From the IMG/VR virus record IMGVR_UViG_3300009177_000028, positions 1 through 64,000 of that record: 64,000 nt of DNA; one strand, given 5' to 3'. The position numbers and the translations under genes were made by a program. Positions 35,616 through 46,500 of this stretch are shown here, piece after piece (the stretch's first letter is position 1; every line of letters begins with the position of its first letter). The notes beneath the pieces are model-generated. The model made no database searches. It worked only from the letters and a program-made list of their open reading frames with translations, and was not told where the DNA came from.

Positions 35616-38438
35616 ATGGCTAACATACCAGGCGCAACAAATGTCCTACCAGGAGTTTTTACTGACGTAATTACTCAATCACGTGGAGTATCGGTTCCTG
35701 GTGGTTCCCGTACAGCCGCAATGATTGGTGAAGGTTCAACGGATGAAACCATCGTTTCTCAAGCCTTGGGTGGTGGTCAAGACGGTCTGAACCCAAGTTA
35801 TACGGGTACTACTGGCCGAGACGGCAGACACTTCCAACTTCTTAGTTTCCCACTAGTTTCTAACAGAACTACTTTATTTAAGAATGGCATTCCTCTTCGT
35901 GGTTATGAGTCAATTATTGACGCAAACCCATTCAGCAACAAATTTGATTACAGAATTGACATTACAACCGGTAAGGTCGAACTTCAGAGTGCTCACTTAG
36001 TTGATCAAGGTGGAGCTTACTTCACCGCTTTATCAAGCAATGTCGGTCAAGGCTCACTTGCCAACCTAACTCTTGTGGATGCAAACGCCCCACCTGAGAC
36101 TTGGACTATTCGTTGTGTCAGTGTTCAAAGAGACCCTCTTAACGTCCCAATTGCTGCAACTGCCTCCTTCTTAGCTTTCGGATCTGTTTCTGGTGCTAAA
36201 TTAGATGCTAACGGCAATCCAATTATTTGGCTTGCAGGTGGCGCAGTAGTAAGCAACGGAGTTCTTAGCTTCTCTATCGTAGAAACTACTCCAGCATTTA
36301 GAGAAGGCGACGCTTTCACTGTTGTTGTTGATAGTGGTGTCTTAATTAGAAATGATTCTTTGACCGCCAACTATATTCCAGTTGCTAATCTTAATGACCC
36401 ACTTGTTCTACAAGGAATGGGCGACGTTGTTAAGCGTCACGGTCTACCAAGCCTTACCAACAACTTGGCTTTGGGTGCTCAACTAGCTTTCGCTAACAAT
36501 GCCCCATCCCTATTAACCCTTCAGGCAGCTCCTCCGCTTCCAAGAAGAACATCCTACATTCTTGATCAAGAAGTAGATGCTCTTTCCTTGAACAATGATG
36601 AGTTTATTTTCCCACTACCTGTTGGAGTTACCCCAGACTTTAACTCAAATATTCACTTCTTTGTGAAGAACAATGCTACTAACGTAGAAACTCAGATTCT
36701 TCCAAACAAGCTTGAGTACTACACTCTTGATACTGCCGGTTTCCCAACCACCACCCAATTTATCACTAGCAACGCAGTTGCTCCTGCCGGTTGGTCTTAC
36801 TTCTATACTGTTAAAGAATCTCTTGAGACAATTAACTTTGGAGAAGACGGTTACATTGGTAGAAATCTTGCTTTCAATAATCAAGGTGTATTTAGCTCTG
36901 ATTCTGTTACCTTCGACTCTACTTATGTAGGCAAGGCACTAAAGATCATTGAGGCTACCAACTCTGCTAACTTCGGAGTATTCCATGTTACCGCAGTAAG
37001 TGGTGGAAAGCTATACGTAGTAGCTGATGCTTCTACTTTCCCTCCATCTACCTTAACTGCTAACCCAGCTTACCTATCTGATTTCATCAATGAAACTCCA
37101 GTTTCGTTCGAAGTAATTAACCCAGTTACTGGATTGCCAGTTGCCGGTGGAGACGGAACTGATGGCGTATTGGTAACCGCAGGTGCAAGTACCGGACAAG
37201 CTACTCTAAAGAGTTCTACTGATTTCACTCTTCTTACTGGTCTTACCTCTAAGAGACTACAAATCAACGGATCTACTGTTGCAACCGCTAATCAGCCAGT
37301 TGGAAATGATGGTCTATATGATATCGTTTCTTCTGACGGTTACATTGTTGACGGTTATCAGATTACTATCAAGAAGGCTCTTGTCAATGAAAGCAATCTT
37401 GAGTTCGAGGTTCTTGATCCAACTCTAGCTAGCAATTATGTTGTTGTTAACCACAACGTAGTTCCAAATGGATACGGATTAAGAGTAACTATCGTAGACG
37501 AAAGAGATGCAGACTTCTATGATGCAGGATGGATCAATGCTCTTGAGGCACTACAAACTGTCGAATGTGACATTTTGGTTCCGCTTCCAAAGCAGACTAT
37601 CTCAATCATCTTCCAGAATGCTTTAAGCCACTGCTTATCCATGAGCAACATTAGAAACAAGAAAGAAAGAGTCTTGTTCTGTGGAGCTATCAGTGGATTA
37701 ACTCCAGACAACATTACTGGTGTCAAGCCAGCCGCTGTTGAAGACATTGGAGTTCTTGAGGGTATCCAAGGAGAAACCATTACTGACATTCTTGCCGGTA
37801 ACGTTGAAGACTTGGCTAATTACTCAGTGCCAGATGCATTCGGTAACACCTTTAGATGTGTTTACTTCTATCCTGATCAGATTGTTGTTCAGGCTGGAAC
37901 CGAAAATGTTCTTATCGATGGATTCTACCTTGCAGCCGCAGCCGCAGGTTATGAAGCTGCCGATGTTAGAATCGAGAATCCATTAACCAACAAGGTTCTA
38001 AGCGGATTCACCATCCTAAGAAACAAGCAATTCTCTCCACAAACCCTAGAAAACTTGGCCGCAGCCGGTGTAACAACCTTGCAGCCAGTCGCAGGTGGCG
38101 GAAGAATCGTATGGGGTATCACTACTACCCAAAGTGGATTCCCAGAAGAGCAAGAAATTTCTATCGTGTTTATCCGCGACAGAGTAGCCAAGACTTTGAG
38201 AGCTGGATTCCAAGGCTTTATTGGAAACCCAGAATCTCCAATCACTGGAGCTATCTTGAATACTCGTGGAGTTATTTTGTTGAACTCCTTAGTTTCTCAA
38301 GGACTAATCACTCAGTACAAAGACTTAGCAGTTGTCAGAGACGATGTAGATCCAAGACAATGGAACGTATCAGTTAGGGTACAGCCAACCTATCCAGTTA
38401 ACTTCATCTACATCAAGGTAAGTTTGGGTCAACTATAA
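35616..38438 (+). CDS. Contractile tail sheath protein
   Basis: N-terminal LPGVFT; C-terminal sheath domain (AAGVTTL...IVWGITT...RDRVAKTLR...VSVRVQPTYPVNFIYIKV); 940 aa with insertions; 3 DGY. Confidence 0.92.
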   Translation: MANIPGATNVLPGVFTDVITQSRGVSVPGGSRTAAMIGEGSTDETIVSQALGGGQDGLNPSYTGTTGRDGRHFQLLSFPLVSNRTTLFKNGIPLRGYESIIDANPFSNKFDYRIDITTGKVELQSAHLVDQGGAYFTALSSNVGQGSLANLTLVDANAPPETWTIRCVSVQRDPLNVPIAATASFLAFGSVSGAKLDANGNPIIWLAGGAVVSNGVLSFSIVETTPAFREGDAFTVVVDSGVLIRNDSLTANYIPVANLNDPLVLQGMGDVVKRHGLPSLTNNLALGAQLAFANNAPSLLTLQAAPPLPRRTSYILDQEVDALSLNNDEFIFPLPVGVTPDFNSNIHFFVKNNATNVETQILPNKLEYYTLDTAGFPTTTQFITSNAVAPAGWSYFYTVKESLETINFGEDGYIGRNLAFNNQGVFSSDSVTFDSTYVGKALKIIEATNSANFGVFHVTAVSGGKLYVVADASTFPPSTLTANPAYLSDFINETPVSFEVINPVTGLPVAGGDGTDGVLVTAGASTGQATLKSSTDFTLLTGLTSKRLQINGSTVATANQPVGNDGLYDIVSSDGYIVDGYQITIKKALVNESNLEFEVLDPTLASNYVVVNHNVVPNGYGLRVTIVDERDADFYDAGWINALEALQTVECDILVPLPKQTISIIFQNALSHCLSMSNIRNKKERVLFCGAISGLTPDNITGVKPAAVEDIGVLEGIQGETITDILAGNVEDLANYSVPDAFGNTFRCVYFYPDQIVVQAGTENVLIDGFYLAAAAAGYEAADVRIENPLTNKVLSGFTILRNKQFSPQTLENLAAAGVTTLQPVAGGGRIVWGITTTQSGFPEEQEISIVFIRDRVAKTLRAGFQGFIGNPESPITGAILNTRGVILLNSLVSQGLITQYKDLAVVRDDVDPRQWNVSVRVQPTYPVNFIYIKVSLGQL

Positions 38439-38455
38439 TTAGGGAGAATACATAA

Positions 38456-39139
38456 ATGGCTAACGCACCAAACACAGGCTCTACACTATCAGTAAACGGT
38501 ACAGTTAATAAGACTAGTACTGCTATCTCTACCAATATCATCATTATGGTTGGTAACACCGCTGTCGGCGCTATTCAATCCATGGCCATCTCTGAAAAGA
38601 GAGGTATCAAGATGATTGATGAGGTAGGAACTGACGGCCATATCGATTCCGTACCAAACGTTTCTACTAACATCAGTGGAAACTGCCAAAGAGTTAGATT
38701 CGACAGATTAAGAATCACCGAAGCATTCAGCAGAGGTTTCGTTCATGTAGCTTCTCAGGTATACCCTTTTGATATTGTCATCCTAGACAAGCAGAAGAGA
38801 GATCAAGGTAGCCAAATTTCTACAGTTATTAAAAATGTGTGGATTGATGGTCTTGACTATACCTACCAAACCAGCGACTGGGTCATCACTGATACCATGA
38901 GCTGGCAGGCTGAGACAATTTATAGCGTTCTTAACAACGGTAGCTCTCAACCTGTTGCAGTGGGTGGCGAAAGAGGCATCCAGCACATGGGCTCTGGTCC
39001 TAATGGCACTGTCAATATCGTTAGCGGAGACGGAGTTGTTAATATTGAGCAACTTGTTGATACCGGAGCTAACGGTAGAAGAGGTTCTCTTGATGCAGCC
39101 GGTCTAATTGACATTGGCTCTTCTGGCGACTTATTCTAA
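38456..39139 (+). CDS. Tail tube protein
   Basis: Directly after the sheath; IMVGNTAVGAIQSM...IDEVG...DIVILDK...VIKNVWI. Confidence 0.85.
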   Translation: MANAPNTGSTLSVNGTVNKTSTAISTNIIIMVGNTAVGAIQSMAISEKRGIKMIDEVGTDGHIDSVPNVSTNISGNCQRVRFDRLRITEAFSRGFVHVASQVYPFDIVILDKQKRDQGSQISTVIKNVWIDGLDYTYQTSDWVITDTMSWQAETIYSVLNNGSSQPVAVGGERGIQHMGSGPNGTVNIVSGDGVVNIEQLVDTGANGRRGSLDAAGLIDIGSSGDLF

Positions 39140-39175
39140 TCAATATCAATTAGCATAACTCCCTAATAAGATAAA

Positions 39176-39219
39176 AATAACCTGCAAATGATATATAATC
39201 ATTGCAGGTTATTGTTTTT
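39176..39219 (+). terminator. Intrinsic terminator hairpin after the tube gene
   Basis: AATAACCTGCA...ATGAT-ATATA-ATCAT...TGCAGGTTATT followed by GTTTTT. Confidence 0.75.
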
Positions 39220-39230
39220 GTGGAGTAAAA

Positions 39231-39929
39231 ATGCCTAATTTTGATAGTCCCCTTGGTAGTAAAAAGTTTGCCGGTCAACCAATGAGAGAATTTGATGTAC
39301 CGGATGAAACAGGACATGAATACCAAACAGAAGAACATGCTGGAATGAATCCAGTAATGAGGCGTAGAGGGCCAGCCCTTCATGGGCCTCAGCCACCTGT
39401 TGATATTAATGAGGCTGTTGCTTTTCAACAAAGGGTACAAGCATCATCTCAAGATGATTCTATTGAAATTGAAAGACAAATTAGAGAAGCTAGAGAAATG
39501 AGAAGGTCTGGTAAGACTCGTCTTAATGATGGGGCTAAGCGCCGTATTGAGATGCTAGTTGGTATGACTCGCTCCACTCGTGAGGTTATGCTGGGGGAGA
39601 ATGCCTTTGTTTTGCAGACTCTACGCTCTAAAGAGATGAGAGAAGCTATTATGATTGCCTCTGAATATGATGGAACTGTACAGTCTCCATTTGAAATTAG
39701 AAGACAATTACTAGGACGCTCGCTAATTCAAATAGCTGGGGTAGATGTTGCTCAGTTCGTGGGCACTGATAGTTTAGAGGCTAAATTACAATTAATTGAC
39801 GATCTTGATGAGGCATTATTAAATAGATTATACGATGAATATCTAGAGTTAGTTAAGGAATCTAGGGCAAAATATGCTGTAAAGTCTTCAGAAGAAGCCC
39901 AGGAGGTGGTTGAAGACTTAAAAAAATAA
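39231..39929 (+). CDS. Tail assembly chaperone (gpG-like)
   Basis: Between tube and tape measure genes; ends in the slippery sequence TTA AAA AAA TAA. Confidence 0.8.
   Translation: MPNFDSPLGSKKFAGQPMREFDVPDETGHEYQTEEHAGMNPVMRRRGPALHGPQPPVDINEAVAFQQRVQASSQDDSIEIERQIREAREMRRSGKTRLNDGAKRRIEMLVGMTRSTREVMLGENAFVLQTLRSKEMREAIMIASEYDGTVQSPFEIRRQLLGRSLIQIAGVDVAQFVGTDSLEAKLQLIDDLDEALLNRLYDEYLELVKESRAKYAVKSSEEAQEVVEDLKK
39920..39926 (+). other. -1 programmed ribosomal frameshift site A AAA AAA
   Basis: X XXY YYZ heptamer just before the stop; the -1 frame is open to 40303. Confidence 0.8.
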
Positions 39930-40303
39930 TAAATGAACCGGAACATCGTTTTCACGCTTATTTATGCAAAACATATGGGCGTTTACCCGATGATCCAATG
40001 TTAGTAGATATGGACCCGGTTCAAAAATTGTGGCTTTACAATAACTGGATAGCCGATCAAAATGAGCAGGCCGAACTAGCTAAAAATCACGCATACTTAT
40101 TAGCATCATTCTGGGATCCAGAGGCCGTTCAGAAGATTCTAGGCGAAGGCAATGTCCATGAATCCACAGATGATGAATATGAAGAGTCTTTGCGTATGGT
40201 AAGAGAGCAAAGCGTAAAGTTAACGCAAGACAAGAAGTCCGAGCAACCCCTCAAAAGAAGACGTAGGCACGCTCAAGCAACCTCAGCACCAACACAGAGA
40301 TAA
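39926..40303 (+). CDS. -1 frame extension of the tail chaperone (gpGT-like fusion, ~357 aa)
   Basis: Open frame IINEPEHRFHAYLCKTYGRLPDDP continues into the track ORF at 39998, which has no RBS. Confidence 0.75.
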   Translation: MINEPEHRFHAYLCKTYGRLPDDPMLVDMDPVQKLWLYNNWIADQNEQAELAKNHAYLLASFWDPEAVQKILGEGNVHESTDDEYEESLRMVREQSVKLTQDKKSEQPLKRRRRHAQATSAPTQR

Positions 40304-40306
40304 TCT

Positions 40307-42646
40307 ATGGCAGACCCACCAGTAACACCAGAACAAGTTGCTCTTACAGAACAGGCAACAAATGCTAATGAAAAGTATACTACTTCTCTTATTGGTATGG
40401 GAGCAGAGGCTGAAACTGCACGTCAACAATTAGATAATTTTTCTGGTGTTATGAAAATGGCCAGAAATGTGTTTGAAGGCTTTGAATCTAAGCTAAATAA
40501 TTTTGGATTGTCCATTAGACAAACCGGCGCCCTTACGGAGCAACAAACTGAACAATTTGGTTTATTGACAACTGCTGTATTTGGTACTAGAAAAGCTTTT
40601 GATAGTTTGCAAGGCGTTGATTCCTCCAAGACACTAGCTACTTTTGGAGATCAAGTTGGTTATCTTGTTAATACTTTAAAAAATTCTGGAGGAGGCATAT
40701 CTGAAATAGCCAAACTAGCTGAAAGTGCCTTTGGTGTTGTTATGCCGGACGCAGCTAAAAAGAGCGTTCAAGCCGCTACCAACTTTCTTGGTAGCTTAGC
40801 CACCAGTGCCGATAATGCACTTAGATTACAAAATGCTGTAGTTCAACTTGCCGCCCGAACTGGTATGCTAGATGAAATTTACAAAAAAGCTGGTCCTAAT
40901 TTAGAAAACATCAATTCTATATTGGCAAGTCAACAAAATGCTATGGCTCAATCTATGAAAGCTACTGGATTGAATGAAAAGCAAATAGAAGACTGGTATA
41001 GTGCTTTAGGTACTATTCCTGGGGCCCTTAATGCTACAGTTACTGCCGGTTCCGGTGTAGACAAATCAATGAGCATGTTAACGGCTACTATTAAAGCCGC
41101 CACTGGAACGGGCCGTCAACAAGCAGATGTCATTAAGGATATGCATGACTCTTATAAGAGTTTAGGTCTTACCGGAGAGAATGCTCTTAAATTTACCTTA
41201 AGATTTTCTGAAATTTCTAATGCCTTTAATATTGATTTGGAAGATGTTCAAAGTAATCTTAAAGGAGTGGTAGGTGAACTTAGCCACTTTGCAGATGCTG
41301 GTGATAAAGCCGCCAAGATGTCTGAAGGTCTCGCCAGAGTAATGAAATCCTATATTGGCGGGTTAATGGACGCCGGTATGACTGGAAGAGATGCTGCCGA
41401 AGCTGCTGGACTACTTGAAAAATCAGTTGGCAAATTAACGATAGCTCAAAAGGGATTTATCTCTGCACAAACTGGTGGTCCTGGTGGATTACTAGGAGGT
41501 ATGCAGATTGATAAGATGTTAAGGTCTGGTGATTTTGAAGGTGTCATGAAGAAGCAGATGGAAACCATGAAGAAACTCATGGGCGGTCCCATCATGACTC
41601 TAGATGAAGTAAAAACTGAAGCAGATGCTTCAAGAATGCAAAAGCAAGTTCAGATGATGCAACAGGGACCATTAGGTTCAATGATTAAATCACCCCAAGA
41701 TGCTTATAAGATGTTTGACATGATGAGGGGCACTCGCGCTGGTGAAAAAACGGCTGCTGGACAAGAATTTAAAGAAAACATCATTAAAGACTCTATTGAT
41801 AAGGGAACTAAGTGGGAAGAAAAATCTTATACTCAGTTTACTGTTATGAGAAACCACTTAGAGGCCATTCGTAGGTCCGCAGAAACTTCTAATTTAAGCT
41901 TCTTACAAAAAGCCGGCACTGCTAGCGCTGGAGTTAATACGGCCGGCAAATTAACACCGGAACAACGTGCTGCTGCTCAAGGTCTTCAGACAACTATGAC
42001 AGAGGGTGCCGAGAAGGGCGGAAATTTTGCTAGAGATCATGCCAAGCAAATGAGAACTGCTGGCGCCTATATTGATGATAGTGGGCGTTATGCCGCTACA
42101 GCCATTAAAGATATTGGAACTTGGTTTGAAAGATTACCAAGTGCATTAAAGGCTCCGCTTCATGCATTAAAGAGTGCAATTTCTAGTGGCGATGAAAAAG
42201 CAGTTAATACCGAATTGCAAGCAGTTGAAGCCGAAGTAAAGAATGCTCGTGCCAAGGCTAAAACTATGACAGGTGCCGAACGAGATAGAATTCTAAGAGA
42301 AGCTCAGCAAAAAGAAGATGCTGCGCGCCAAGCTCACGCTTTTTATTCTCAAGGTTTGCAAGATCAAACTGGCCGTACAGGTTTGGCGCCAATTCCAAGA
42401 GGAGCTTTCGGCCCATCCAATTATGAAGGTGGAGTCACTCCAGGAGCTGCCGTAGGTGCCGCTCCACGCCCAACAGCCGCTCCTGCCCCCAAAGGCGGTG
42501 GAACTGGTGGAGGCGGAGGAGCCGTCCCAACAGATGTCAATTTCTCACAAGTGGGAGATACGGGAAGATTCAAAGTTAATGTTGTAGTTAAGGTGCAAGA
42601 AGATAGTACCAACAGTCGCTCTGTGACTCCAGCCCCAAAAATATAA
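40307..42646 (+). CDS. Tape measure protein
   Basis: 779 aa, Ala/Gly/Met-rich and helical; canonical position after the chaperones. Confidence 0.8.
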   Translation: MADPPVTPEQVALTEQATNANEKYTTSLIGMGAEAETARQQLDNFSGVMKMARNVFEGFESKLNNFGLSIRQTGALTEQQTEQFGLLTTAVFGTRKAFDSLQGVDSSKTLATFGDQVGYLVNTLKNSGGGISEIAKLAESAFGVVMPDAAKKSVQAATNFLGSLATSADNALRLQNAVVQLAARTGMLDEIYKKAGPNLENINSILASQQNAMAQSMKATGLNEKQIEDWYSALGTIPGALNATVTAGSGVDKSMSMLTATIKAATGTGRQQADVIKDMHDSYKSLGLTGENALKFTLRFSEISNAFNIDLEDVQSNLKGVVGELSHFADAGDKAAKMSEGLARVMKSYIGGLMDAGMTGRDAAEAAGLLEKSVGKLTIAQKGFISAQTGGPGGLLGGMQIDKMLRSGDFEGVMKKQMETMKKLMGGPIMTLDEVKTEADASRMQKQVQMMQQGPLGSMIKSPQDAYKMFDMMRGTRAGEKTAAGQEFKENIIKDSIDKGTKWEEKSYTQFTVMRNHLEAIRRSAETSNLSFLQKAGTASAGVNTAGKLTPEQRAAAQGLQTTMTEGAEKGGNFARDHAKQMRTAGAYIDDSGRYAATAIKDIGTWFERLPSALKAPLHALKSAISSGDEKAVNTELQAVEAEVKNARAKAKTMTGAERDRILREAQQKEDAARQAHAFYSQGLQDQTGRTGLAPIPRGAFGPSNYEGGVTPGAAVGAAPRPTAAPAPKGGGTGGGGGAVPTDVNFSQVGDTGRFKVNVVVKVQEDSTNSRSVTPAPKI

Positions 42647-42658
42647 TAGGAATACATA

Positions 42659-43507
42659 ATGAGTTTCTTAGATGATATTAATTCAGCGCAAGACTTTTTG
42701 AATCAAAATAATCCTTTAACCCAAGGTCAAAAGGATAAATTTAAGTCAGATGGATTCCTATTGCCTGCTACCTATAATGCTGATGGCAATGGCTTGCCAT
42801 ATAACAAGGTACCAAGTGATAAGCCAGGACAATTAAAAAGAAACATTGTCACTTGGTTTGTTCCACAATTTGGAATAGTAAGAATGTTTGTTAATCCTTC
42901 TTCTATTAGTTATCAACATAAGAAGTTAATTACTAAGGATAGAACCAAGGGAGGATATACTCTACAATATTGGGGAGAAGATTTAACTACCATTAACATT
43001 AGCGGCACGACTGGTAGCTCTGGTATTGAAGGAATTAACGTTCTATATGAAATGTATAGGGCAGAACAATATGCTTTTGATGCTACTGGTTTAACTTTAG
43101 CTGCCAATAATTTTAACAATGATTTGAGTCATAATATACTTAATGGTGCTGCTTCCCTATTTGGTGGAAGCGCAACTACGCAGGCGGGTGTAAGTGGATT
43201 ATTAGGTGGTATATTAGGAGTAGACTCTCCAAACAATACCCTATCTGCTAAAAACATTCCTTCTTTGGCACAGCTAGCATTTACTGTTGAAATGTATTAT
43301 GGTGGTTGGGTTTATAGAGGATTTTTTGAGAATATGACCATTAATGAAAGAGCAGATAACTTTTTGATTGAATATCAAATGACGTTTATGGCCACTCAGA
43401 GAAGAGGCTACAGAAGCAACTACTTCCCATGGACTCGTAGTGCTAAAGATGGTCCAAGTCAATATACTACTGCAAATTCATTCTCGGGGAACGTAACAGG
43501 TAAGTAA
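42659..43507 (+). CDS. Baseplate tube-initiator protein (gp48/gp54-like)
   Basis: MFVNPSSISY...RTKGGYTLQYWGEDLTTINISGTTG. Confidence 0.7.
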   Translation: MSFLDDINSAQDFLNQNNPLTQGQKDKFKSDGFLLPATYNADGNGLPYNKVPSDKPGQLKRNIVTWFVPQFGIVRMFVNPSSISYQHKKLITKDRTKGGYTLQYWGEDLTTINISGTTGSSGIEGINVLYEMYRAEQYAFDATGLTLAANNFNNDLSHNILNGAASLFGGSATTQAGVSGLLGGILGVDSPNNTLSAKNIPSLAQLAFTVEMYYGGWVYRGFFENMTINERADNFLIEYQMTFMATQRRGYRSNYFPWTRSAKDGPSQYTTANSFSGNVTGK

Positions 43508-43510
43508 AGT

Positions 43511-46500
43511 ATGAGTTTTTTAGGCGCATTAGCAGATCAAATTAGTAGTCAATTTTCCCTAGGTGAAAATACTAATCATACACTAGACTCTATCGATCCA
43601 GACACTGGTAAAGTAGAGAAGTATGGTTCTTTGGGGGATTTTGCCAAGCATTTTGATCAATCTTCTGAAAGAAGATATGTTGAAGAAGGGTACTTAAGAA
43701 AGGATCCTTACAATACAGATCCGAAGCAGTTCGAAGTATTAATGCAGGAGCCTAACGCCACTGTACTACTTAAGAAAAGAATGTTCTCATCTGTAGGGGA
43801 TAATTTTAGACCTGATTTTATGGATAAAGACGAAAAGCTTTATTATAGAGCCATGAAGATTCTTTTCCAGAATAAATGCAAACAAATTGCAGCTCTAGAA
43901 AAATTATCTAAGATTCAAAAGATAACATCTGCTGTAGGAAGTGTTCCTGATCAGTTGATGCCTATTATTTTCACACTAACTGATAGCTTTAATAGTGGTC
44001 TAGATTCTGGTTCTAATTTATTTGGTGCTTTAGGTGGTCCCGGACCATTAGCTTCTGAGCCTAGCAATTTCACTAAGGTAATTGACCGTCTTCGCAGGGT
44101 TTACGCTTTTAACACTGCCAACACCACTACTAATTGGATTACTGACTCTACCAATCTTTTCCAAGCACAATTTGGACAAGGAACTGGTGTAATAGAGCTT
44201 ACTAATTTTAGCAGCTTTAGTACCTCTACTAGTACAAGTATCGATACTCCTGGTTCATTTAGAATATCAATCGAAGACCCATATGAGTGCATGCTTATTA
44301 CAGAATATGATATCGAGAAAGCTATTAGCGATGCGACCAACATGTTCTATAATAAGAAGTTGTTTCAATTTGCTAAGGAAAATTCTGATAAGTTAATTAA
44401 TGATTTACAGTCTCGTCTTAATAAAATTAGAGCAAGTAGAAATGCTAGCCCAATCTCTATTAAGGTTGATCCTGATACCCTATTGGGTAGACGTGTAATT
44501 GCTATTCTAGATAGAAGAGGAATTGAATTGCCGTTTACGTATGATAGTTCTTCTGCGGCAGCTATTTTCTCGGGCGGTGCCTTTGGCAGTGGAACTGAGG
44601 TTCCCGATGAATACCTAAGGGGCGGTTCAGTTGCAGGAGAAGATGGTCTCGATACTCATAAGCAAGTATTTAGCAACATTCAATTTAGTTCACTAGTTAC
44701 TCCCAGCAAACATCATGGGCCCGATTCAGAATTCTCAATTTTTAATCGTCTTATTAGCACCATTTATAGCAAATTAAGTCAAGATGCAAATTCTCGAAAT
44801 GCATTTCAGACAACGAATCAAAATACCAATTATACACGTAGAAAGCTGCGTTTTAATTTTTCTGGAAAGCTAATAGTGCAGCCAATGGATACGGCTCACA
44901 TTTATATCAATTCCAAGAGTAGATGGGACGAGAAGCTATTGTCTGGTTTACAAAATATGTTTACTGGACTAGGAATGCTACAAAACATTAACAACACTCT
45001 AACTAATTTAGCCAACGCAGTAGGCGCTTTGAATCCTAGTGGCAACGTTCCATTAGAGATTGAAAAATCAGCTTTTGTTGGAAAAGATTTTCCTAATTTT
45101 TTGTGGAGTATGGTTCGTGGACAATTCGTTTCGGAGAATGAGGGTACGCACGTATTCGCCGGTATCGTTCAAAATGCTTCAGATAATTGGTCGAACGGAA
45201 AATTTACCATAGACATTAATGGTGGAGATAACAGCCTTTATTTTGATATGGGTAAGATTAACTTCAAGCCAGGAGTGGATGTCTATAACGGATCTATATT
45301 TGATCCATTAACTCCATTTAAGAGTAATTTTGATTCAATCAACAGTAACATTAATGGTTCTGAGATTCCAGAATTATTAAATGAGAATAAGTTCCTTTTA
45401 GGCACTCAACAGGGTAATACTGTTATTGACAAGTCTCTAGTTAAATTTAAACTAGGCCGCTACGCTGGGCAATTAGTTAACGAAAACTCTGTTGTTCAAG
45501 ATAGAAATTTTGATCCAGTAACAGGGCGTAGTACTAAGGTTTTCTATGCTCCTGATGGATTGGTTTATAAATGGAAAGAGGGTATTGGAGTCTTTACCCA
45601 ATTTGGAACTAACTTAACTGTTAATGATGCTGATAAGGTAGGCGCCCCTAGTATTTCAAAAGAACCATTTGCTGGTCAGAATGTAATGAACGTTTTATCT
45701 CTATTGATTGCTGGCGTTCCTTATAATTTTGCTACGTATTATAAAGCGGCTGTTGAATTTGATGGTGCTGGAGCAGATCCACAAAGCAAGCAGAGCATGG
45801 CCCATTCATTCTACCAATCTCTTAGAACAGATTTGGTTAAGTCTAATACTTTGTGGGGGAATTTCGTTCCATTTAAAAACTTAGTTGTTGATGAAGAATC
45901 ATATGTAAAACATTTACAAAAGGTAACTACTGTTATTCAAAAGAATAAAGATTTGGACGCCAAGATTAGAGAGCTACAAGATCTAAATCAAGCCGCCATC
46001 ATAGCCAGTGCTGCCAATGCTTTTTCAGAAAAGGCAAAATACGGAGATGGCTCTAGATTCTTACCTATTAAAGCTAAGGTAGATGAACTATCTAAACAAG
46101 TAGATAGCATCATTAAAGAAATTAAGAAATCTGATGATGATTCTATTCAACAGGTTGGGGATGATACTTCTTTTGATTATAGTGAATTCGTAGATTCTGG
46201 AAAAACTGGAAAGACATTAGCGGCCGATCGTAGATTGCTAAGACGACAGCTTAATTTTCTTACTAGAAGAATGTCTTACAATGTTCGTGCTAACGAGGAT
46301 AAAAATCTATTCATCGTAGATGATTTTTACGATAAAGATTTTGATATTCTAGCTTATGAAAAGACGCTTACTAATGGAATTTCGCTTTACAATAATCAAT
46401 TCACATCAGTAAGAGATAAGATTCAGCACGTGGCTAATCTACTTAACCTTGAAGTATTTTGCGACTCTCAGGGTCATATCAGATGCCGTCCGCCTCAATA

